From an uncultured Chloracidobacterium sp. (GTDB taxonomy: Bacteria > Acidobacteriota > Blastocatellia > Pyrinomonadales > Pyrinomonadaceae): a stretch of 51,814 bases of DNA. Shown here one piece after another: positions 45,899-51,814 of this stretch (the first letter of the stretch is position 1; the number at the start of each line of letters is the position of its first letter). The notes beneath the pieces are model-generated. The model saw only the letters and a program-made list of their open reading frames with translations. It was not told the DNA's origin and searched no databases. A program made the position numbers and the translations under genes. The stretch covers positions 6,353 through 58,166 of the forward strand of contig CAZNPP010000010.1 in assembly GCA_964574785.1 (NCBI GenBank). Direction: 5' to 3'.

Positions 45899-47029
45899 CT
45901 ACACCTGCAATTCGGATCGGGTGCGAAGCAGTTGCAATACGTGACCACGACTTAAATATCCCACCAGCTTACCCTCTTTTACGACCGGTACTTGGTTTAT
46001 GTCAGATCGGCCCATGAGTTCGAGCGCCTCGCTTAGTGGCGTTTCTGGAGCCACCGTTTTCAAACTCTCTTTTGTCCGCATTACTTCGTCAATGGTAGTG
46101 TAGGGCCACTTCTGCCGCTCGACCTGTTTTACCTCGTGTGGCGTGATGAGACCTGTAACGTGTCCATCATCGACTACCATGAAGCAGTGTCGGCCGGTCT
46201 TTAGCAGATGCTCGTCAACAAATGTCTGTAGGTTAGTTCGCCCGTCGATGATTTGGCATTCAGAATCCATTACGTCTCTGACACGCACTCCTCGCAAGCC
46301 TTCCGCGACCTCGGCTTGAGCATAACTCTCGCGGGCTGCTTCGAGCAAAAACCATCCAATAAAAGCTAACCAAAGGCCGCCAATACCCCAGCCACCAAAG
46401 AAACGAAACACTCCGAATGCGATGAGGCCAAAGGCTACCATTTGGCCCACGCGAGCTGCGATACGGGTTGATCGCGTTGGATTACCTGTGATCCACCATA
46501 CAATGGCACGCAAAACGCGGCCACCATCCATTGGAAATCCTGGAACCATGTTGAAAATGGCTAGTGCGATATTGATGATCCCGAGCCACATCAACATTGC
46601 CGGAAATGGTTGTGAGGGGAAATCAGGTGGTTGCCAGCCGAGCGCCATAGCCAGCAGAAGGCACAATATGCCGATTACGAAGCTCGTAATCGGTCCGACA
46701 ATACCCATCCAAAATTCAGTCTTTGCGTCGGCTGCTTCTTTCTCAATCAACGCTACACCACCCAGGGCGAAGAGAGTGATTGATCTGACCGGGAGACCCC
46801 GTGCTTTTGCAACTGCAGCATGCGATAGTTCATGCAGCACTATGCCCGCAAAAAACAGTATTGCCGTAAGGATGGAGAGGCCCACAATTAACGCTTCCCC
46901 CCATTCCGGGTTCTGAAACCTGAAGTGGGCAGCAAGCGAAATAGTGATTAGCAGAGCTATTAGCAGCCAACTGTAATGGAGGCCAATGGGAATTCCCGCG
47001 ATGCGTCCGAGTTTGATGTGTGCCTTCAT
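45899..47029 (-). CDS. Site-2 (M50) membrane metalloprotease with a C-terminal CBS pair
   Basis: HELSHA zinc motif, [14 protein letters not shown] (NxxPxxxxDG), multiple TM helices and C-terminal CBS-like repeats. Confidence 0.85.
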   Translation of the reverse strand: MKAHIKLGRIAGIPIGLHYSWLLIALLITISLAAHFRFQNPEWGEALIVGLSILTAILFFAGIVLHELSHAAVAKARGLPVRSITLFALGGVALIEKEAADAKTEFWMGIVGPITSFVIGILCLLLAMALGWQPPDFPSQPFPAMLMWLGIINIALAIFNMVPGFPMDGGRVLRAIVWWITGNPTRSTRIAARVGQMVAFGLIAFGVFRFFGGWGIGGLWLAFIGWFLLEAARESYAQAEVAEGLRGVRVRDVMDSECQIIDGRTNLQTFVDEHLLKTGRHCFMVVDDGHVTGLITPHEVKQVERQKWPYTTIDEVMRTKESLKTVAPETPLSEALELMGRSDINQVPVVKEGKLVGYLSRGHVLQLLRTRSELQV

Positions 47030-47095
47030 AGAGAATTGCCCCGACTACAATGAAGTCATCGTGTCGCTAGAGATTCACTATTCTGGCCCAAAAGT

Positions 47096-48019
47096 CTAAA
47101 CGTTGCCAGGCTTCAGCGGCCGCGCCACCAGCACTGGGCATGGGGCTTGTCGCAACACACGGTCTACGTTCGAGCCGAATAGGGCTCGCGTACCAAAACC
47201 GGCGCCATGAGCTCCAATGCTGATCAAATCGATTTCGTTTCTCTCAGCATAATTCAGCACTTCACGATAAGGTTGGCCCTCACTCACTGCATGTTTGACT
47301 TGACACCAGAGGTGAGCTTCAGGAGGGACGACTTTCTGCAACCGTCTCGCAGCTTTGTGATAAGCAACCTCCCCGGAAACGGGGTACCAGGCGATCTCGG
47401 GTTCTCTTACAACATTTGGTGGCAAAACATGAAGCAGATGTAACTCGGCTTGATATTCCTGGGTGAATGATAGGGCATATTTGAGTGCAAGTTCGGCGTA
47501 ATCCGAAAAGTCATAAGGAACAAGCACGCGCTGAAGATGAATCTTCTGAGTCTCCGGTGTTACCCACTCGCGCTCATCGCTATGGGTAACCAATACAGGA
47601 CAGGGCGCTGTCCGGCAAACGGCTTCGGCAGTCGAACCGAGAAGTGCTGCGCGGTGCGGCCGGCGCCGTGACCGCATGACAATCAAGTCGATGTCGCGTT
47701 CGGTTGCGGTTCTGGTAATCGCGTCACCGACATCCTGTCCCTCAACGAGGATGCCTTCCCAATCAAGATTTGCGAACTTAACTGGTGCGAGGAATTTCAA
47801 TAAAGCACCCTCAAACAGTTCTTTCACTTTACCATTTGAGAATGCAAGACTTAATTCGGCTCGTTGGATCGCTGAACTCGCCATTTCCGCTCCTGCCGCG
47901 GAATAACAGATTGTCAGCTTCGAATCGTACGCGCGCGCCAGCGCTAAGGCATAGAGCACGGCTTGGTCGCTATTACGAGACAAGTCTGTGGGGCAAAGAA
48001 TACGTTCTATTTTGATCAT
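47096..48019 (-). CDS. Tandem universal stress protein (two UspA domains)
   Basis: The ATG at 48019 has GGGAG upstream; the ORF extends to 48091. Two repeats each end in a G..G...LGS....V......PVLV-type motif (LLGSTAEAVCRTAPCPVLV and LFGSNVDRVLRQAPCPVLV). Confidence 0.85.
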   Translation of the reverse strand: MIKIERILCPTDLSRNSDQAVLYALALARAYDSKLTICYSAAGAEMASSAIQRAELSLAFSNGKVKELFEGALLKFLAPVKFANLDWEGILVEGQDVGDAITRTATERDIDLIVMRSRRRPHRAALLGSTAEAVCRTAPCPVLVTHSDEREWVTPETQKIHLQRVLVPYDFSDYAELALKYALSFTQEYQAELHLLHVLPPNVVREPEIAWYPVSGEVAYHKAARRLQKVVPPEAHLWCQVKHAVSEGQPYREVLNYAERNEIDLISIGAHGAGFGTRALFGSNVDRVLRQAPCPVLVARPLKPGNV

Positions 48020-48325
48020 GTTTACTCCCTCGACTGCCGTTTTGGCACAGACTGGGAGGGGCAATGACCGTGCCGGGAAGTGAACGCTCATTCACAGGCA
48101 ATTCTCACCCATCCTCACCGATCTAATGCGGGGATTTACTCATCCTCGTGGGGATCTTTCCGCAGAAATGTTTAGTTTATTGTTGCAAACATTTGATTGT
48201 AAGGCCTACCGTCACGGCACATCTGTTGCGACTTTGAAACCGAAATCATGCTACGGGCCAGATTCTGATCAGTTTGTTCTCAAGTTCAGGACAGTCCAAG
48301 TATGTGACGAGAGGAGAAACAATTT

Positions 48326-48616
48326 ATGGAAAGCACAACTATGGAGACAGCCTCGGATGCGGCGATCAAGTTCGCGCACCTATCACATGAGGTTTCAAAG
48401 GCAAAGACTTTGGTTGAAGATGTAGTGGAAGATGGAAAGCGTCAAGCGCAACGCTTGCTGAAGCGTAGTTATGTGGCTGTAGAAGATTGCGTTGAGGACA
48501 CAACCTACTACATCAAACGTCATCCCTGGCAGTCAGTGGGGATTGCCTTAGGAGTTGGAACGGGTGCGGGGTTACTTGCGGGCTGGTTCTTTGGCCGTGG
48601 CTGCAAAGCAGGATGA
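48326..48616 (+). CDS. DUF883 (ElaB/YqjD/YgaM-like) tail-anchored protein
   Basis: 96 aa with AGGAG RBS. The C-terminal HPWQSVGIALGVGTGAGLLAGW anchor is typical of the family. Confidence 0.7.
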   Translation: MESTTMETASDAAIKFAHLSHEVSKAKTLVEDVVEDGKRQAQRLLKRSYVAVEDCVEDTTYYIKRHPWQSVGIALGVGTGAGLLAGWFFGRGCKAG

Positions 48617-48647
48617 AGCGCATCGCTTCTGGGAGAGTGAACCGCAA

Positions 48648-49175
48648 ATGTTAATTGAAGAGTTGACCACTAAGGAGTGCCATCTGCTTCTCAAGGAGAT
48701 GAAATTTGGACGATTGGCGTGTGCCAGCAACAATCAGCCCTATGTTGTTCCTGTGTACTTCATTCCTTACGGTGACTACCTCTATGGATTTTCGGCTATG
48801 GGCCAAAAGATCGACTGGATGAGGAAGAACCCGCGAGTCTGTGTCGAAGTCGACCAAATTACCGATCACTTGCACTGGAAGACAGTTGTCATCGACGGTA
48901 CATATGAAGAATTGGATAACACGCCTGCACACGCAGCTGACCGGGAGTATGCCCTGGAGTTGTTACAACATAGACCCATGTGGTGGCAACCAGCCTCCGT
49001 AGCACAGAAGCATCCAGGAAAGGCCGCTTTTACGCCAATCTTCTTTCGCATCCGCATCAATCACATGACAGGTCACCAAGCCAAACCGGATTTTCTTGAA
49101 GAAGATGCGATACACCCAGATGCTGTCCGGAGTCAGGAAGTAGGATTAAGCAGAGTGAGGAATGTGCTCAATTAG
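48648..49175 (+). CDS. Pyridoxamine 5'-phosphate oxidase-fold family protein (paralogue of 10490..10936)
   Basis: ATG at 48648 with GGGAGAG upstream. [30 protein letters not shown]...VCVEVDQI aligns by eye with the 148-aa paralogue. The ORF is open from 48555. Confidence 0.7.
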   Translation: MLIEELTTKECHLLLKEMKFGRLACASNNQPYVVPVYFIPYGDYLYGFSAMGQKIDWMRKNPRVCVEVDQITDHLHWKTVVIDGTYEELDNTPAHAADREYALELLQHRPMWWQPASVAQKHPGKAAFTPIFFRIRINHMTGHQAKPDFLEEDAIHPDAVRSQEVGLSRVRNVLN

Positions 49176-50181
49176 TTAAACGTACCGCGAGGGCATACAA
49201 AACTGCTGTGGTGGTTAAGTAGATCAGAACTATGCCAACAGAGTCCCAGGGAAACAATTGACGTTGTTTCGAAGTTCTATAAGTAATGCCCACCACGGCA
49301 ATAGCAGTCATAGTCAATGCTGCTATTGTGGTAATAATGTGGCTCCCTGAGATATGGGCTAGCAATGGACCGCGTGTAAAAATCATGTCGTCTATGGCCA
49401 GTATTCCTATGTTGAAAAGATTGCTGCCGAAGAGGTTTCCCAGGGCAATGTCGGCAGCGCCTATACGCAGCGCTCCAACTGAAACCGCGACTTCTGGTAG
49501 CGAGGTCGATGAGGCTATAAGAATGCTGCCGACGAAAGTTCGTCCTAAACCTGTCATCTCCGCGATCTGGTCGCCAAGATAGGGTAGGTAGGTGGCAATT
49601 ATGATGATTACGACAGCGTTGGCCCCATAGAGAAGATATGCTCTCTTCCTGCTGACGTGTGCGTATTTCGCTTCCTCAGCGATCTCTTTAGCGAATTCCA
49701 AAATACGGCTTCGCTCGTAGAGGAAAACAGTTCGCATCGCAATTAGGTAGACCCCAAGGAAGACAAGACTGGAAAGGCTTATCCAGGCAATACTCGGAAC
49801 TATCCCTATAGCAGAAAGAGTTATCGCAACCAAACCAAGGAGTAGAATACCGAAACCAGCACCCAATACCTGGCCCTGGTGTGCTTTCGCTGAGAAAGGT
49901 GTGGCCCCTCCCACGAAGTCCAGGAGCGCAATAATCAGAAGGTTAAACATGCAACTGCCTAAGACGTCTCCGGCCGCGATATCGGGTAAGTCGAAAAATG
50001 CGATCGAGCTGACGCCGGTTATCAGTTCCGGCAACGAAGTCACGGACGCAATCATGATGACCCCAACCCACGTTCTACCCATCCCGGACTTCTCGGCGAT
50101 GATGTCCCCGTAAACTGACAGCTTCATTCCTGAGAAAAGAATTAAGAGAGTGCAGATGAAAAACTGGATCCAAACGGCCAT
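49168..50181 (-). CDS. Sodium/calcium exchanger (CaCA, YrbG-like) membrane protein
   Basis: 337 aa and highly hydrophobic. Two alpha-repeat motifs, [11 protein letters not shown] and [11 protein letters not shown]. Confidence 0.8.
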   Translation of the reverse strand: MAVWIQFFICTLLILFSGMKLSVYGDIIAEKSGMGRTWVGVIMIASVTSLPELITGVSSIAFFDLPDIAAGDVLGSCMFNLLIIALLDFVGGATPFSAKAHQGQVLGAGFGILLLGLVAITLSAIGIVPSIAWISLSSLVFLGVYLIAMRTVFLYERSRILEFAKEIAEEAKYAHVSRKRAYLLYGANAVVIIIIATYLPYLGDQIAEMTGLGRTFVGSILIASSTSLPEVAVSVGALRIGAADIALGNLFGSNLFNIGILAIDDMIFTRGPLLAHISGSHIITTIAALTMTAIAVVGITYRTSKQRQLFPWDSVGIVLIYLTTTAVLYALAVRLTN

Positions 50182-50346
50182 TCGCTCGCACCGGTTCTGA
50201 AAATTTCAAAACAACATCGCGCTATCGGATGAGGAAAGTAACTCAACCTCATTTCTGAGGCAAATGGATCACTGAGTTAAATGGTTGGGTTGGGCCCTGC
50301 GATTTTATTGGTGAGTTAGGTAATTGTCAGTTATATCCACAAATAG

Positions 50347-50550
50347 TGGGGATTGGCTAGATTGCGCACAGGGTATGAGAACATTTGTAAAGTAATCATC
50401 GAGACTGCGCTGCTGGCAGATGATGAGAAAGTACGAGCTGTCTATTTGCCGGGAAGGTTGCTGCCGATTTAGTAAAGACCTCAAGGTTGTAAAAAGAGCC
50501 GGGCTTAAGCGGATCGTGTTGATGTTGATTTGGGGTGGATTTGGTCAGTA
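50347..50550 (+). pseudogene. deoC: Degenerate remnant of a deoxyribose-phosphate aldolase (deoC) gene
   Basis: One frame reads GYENICKVIIETALLADDEKVRA. After an apparent 1-nt deletion near 50437-50440 a second frame reads CLFAGKVAADLVKTSR. Together these match the DeoC KVIIET.LL.DEEK..AC.....AGADFVKTSTG block. Stops occur at 50470 and 50488. No start or N-terminal half is present. Confidence 0.45.
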
Positions 50551-50635
50551 AAGCTAAATGCTTTATCGTAATGCGACTCCGTTCATGGGAGACCTCAGAG
50601 GTACCTGACGATCTGAGCCTGAACGGCTAACCATT

Positions 50636-51733
50636 ATGGACAATCTCATTGCTTCAAATATCCGTCAGCGGCCAGTACGCACCATTGTGAGTGTCGCAGG
50701 CATTGCTCTTGGCGTGATCCTCGTAATGTTGTTCACCGGACTAGCCCGCGGCATGTCAAACGATATGCAGCGTCGCGCCTCCAATTTGCGCACAGAGATC
50801 ATCTTTGCGCGCCCGGGGTCGATGCAATTAACAGCCTCGAGCGCAAATCTCCCCATCAAGTACATCGAACTTCTCAAGGAGATAGAAGGTGTAGAGGAGG
50901 CCCTTCCTGTCATCGTTCATATACAGCAAGGTAGTCGCGGGTTCGGCTTCGAGCGAATTGAAGGTCTTGAATGGGATCTATTTGCGCGAGTAAATCAATT
51001 GCGGCTTTTGTCGGGCTCAGCACCGTTAGCAAATGACGAAGTCGTTATAGATCAAATTAAGGCCCGAGACGGTAACCTTGTGGTGGGAAGCAAAATTGAA
51101 CTATTTGGAAATAGACCATACCGGGTAGCCGGAATATATGCTCCAGAATCAGGTGCGCGGATAAAGATGTCACTTGAAGCGATGCAGGAGGCTCTCGAAT
51201 CTCCGGGCCGGTGCTCATATATTCTTGTGAAGGTATCCAACCCCGGGGAGATCACGATAATCGGAAACCGAATTGACAGAGAGTTGCCGGGAAACAAGGT
51301 TCAACTGACTAGCGAGGTGTTTGCCAGCGCGGAAAGGAGTATCCCCTATCTGGGCGTTTTCCTTCGCGTGCTTGTTGGACTTGCTGCGGTCGTCAGTGCG
51401 CTGGTTGTTATGCTCGCGATGTATACCACCATAACTGAAAGAACGCGCGAGATCGGGATTCTAAAGTCCCTCGGAGCTTCTCGGGGCTATATAGTGGGGA
51501 TCATCGAAAAAGAGGCAATGCTGATCAGTGTGATCGGACTGGTCGTTGGATTTGTGGTCTCTTTCTTAGCCGGCTATCTGATTGGGCGGATGTTTGGGCT
51601 GACCTTCGAGTTTAGCTGGGGCTGGGCTTTGACGGCGGCGAGTATTGGCTTGCTTGGTGGCGCCATTGGTGCCCTGTATCCCGCCATTCGCGCCTCGAAC
51701 CTCGATGCGGTTAGTGCCCTCGCGTATGAGTGA
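50636..51733 (+). CDS. ABC transporter permease, FtsX/MacB-like (single module)
   Basis: 365 aa. The layout is an N-terminal TM helix, a periplasmic domain, then TREIGILKSLGASRGYI followed by three TM helices. Confidence 0.8.
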   Translation: MDNLIASNIRQRPVRTIVSVAGIALGVILVMLFTGLARGMSNDMQRRASNLRTEIIFARPGSMQLTASSANLPIKYIELLKEIEGVEEALPVIVHIQQGSRGFGFERIEGLEWDLFARVNQLRLLSGSAPLANDEVVIDQIKARDGNLVVGSKIELFGNRPYRVAGIYAPESGARIKMSLEAMQEALESPGRCSYILVKVSNPGEITIIGNRIDRELPGNKVQLTSEVFASAERSIPYLGVFLRVLVGLAAVVSALVVMLAMYTTITERTREIGILKSLGASRGYIVGIIEKEAMLISVIGLVVGFVVSFLAGYLIGRMFGLTFEFSWGWALTAASIGLLGGAIGALYPAIRASNLDAVSALAYE

Positions 51734-51814
51734 TCACCTGAACCAACAGGTCTCATTCAGGGTTTCATAACGCATCTTCACGGCGTTTTTTTCCAGCGAA
51801 GAAGTAATCTGCGT

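Noticed and set aside
48020-48091. 24-residue N-terminal extension of the USP ORF
   Set aside because: The USP domain begins at MIKIERILCPTDLS. The ATG at 48019 has a GGGAG RBS, and the extension has no signal- or domain-like character.
1-51814. tRNA, rRNA, prophage, toxin-antitoxin or dedicated anti-phage defence genes
   Set aside because: I read through the longer spacers (8165-8586, 26358-26839, 29573-29909, 39161-39474, 48092-48325, 50182-50635). I saw no cloverleaf-like or rRNA-like sequence, and no ORF carries nuclease, ATPase or other defence-type motifs. This is not an exhaustive computational scan.

Overview
This is a 51.8-kb, gene-dense bacterial chromosomal segment with about 42 credible protein genes. 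I recognised no rRNA, tRNA or CRISPR array by eye. The dominant feature is a ~15-kb minus-strand respiratory locus (about 10.9-25.5 kb). It encodes an MtrA-like decahaem cytochrome plus an MtrB/PioB-sized outer-membrane barrel, and a TAT-Rieske/cytochrome b complex. It also encodes four further multihaem c-type cytochromes (9, 8+1 atypical, 9 and 4 haem motifs) and a monohaem cytochrome c. The remaining members are a nonahaem::b-type cytochrome fusion resembling Geobacter CbcL, an 8-haem NapC/NirT-type membrane cytochrome resembling ImcH, and an SQR/NDH-2-type flavoprotein. I count 58 canonical CXXCH motifs in eight proteins. This combination of modules in one locus is my best candidate for an undescribed extracellular-electron-transfer system. 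A decayed IS1595/ISXO2-like transposase gene borders it on the mtrA side. The rest of the window holds a MacB-type ABC exporter next to a GT4 / ALDH(LuxC-like) / PaaK(LuxE-like) trio, a NarL-type two-component pair, ppdK, and nrfHA with a CXXCH haem-1 variant. It also holds a radical-SAM / hemerythrin-like / hemN-hemH-hemY array, a GCS2-CBS fusion and a deoC remnant. A stress-type block follows: Hsp20, PFOR plus a DHOD-like protein, an M50-CBS protease, a tandem USP, DUF883, PNPOx-fold proteins and a CaCA antiporter. Non-coding structure includes a 37-38-bp tandem array inside the cytochrome locus and a family of heptad-periodic hairpin elements in at least four spacers. There is also a G-rich 13-bp tandem repeat and several stem-loop terminators. 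The repeat style and gene content suggest an Acidobacteriota-like organism, but this is a low-confidence inference. All family assignments come from reading motifs in the supplied translations; no database search was run.
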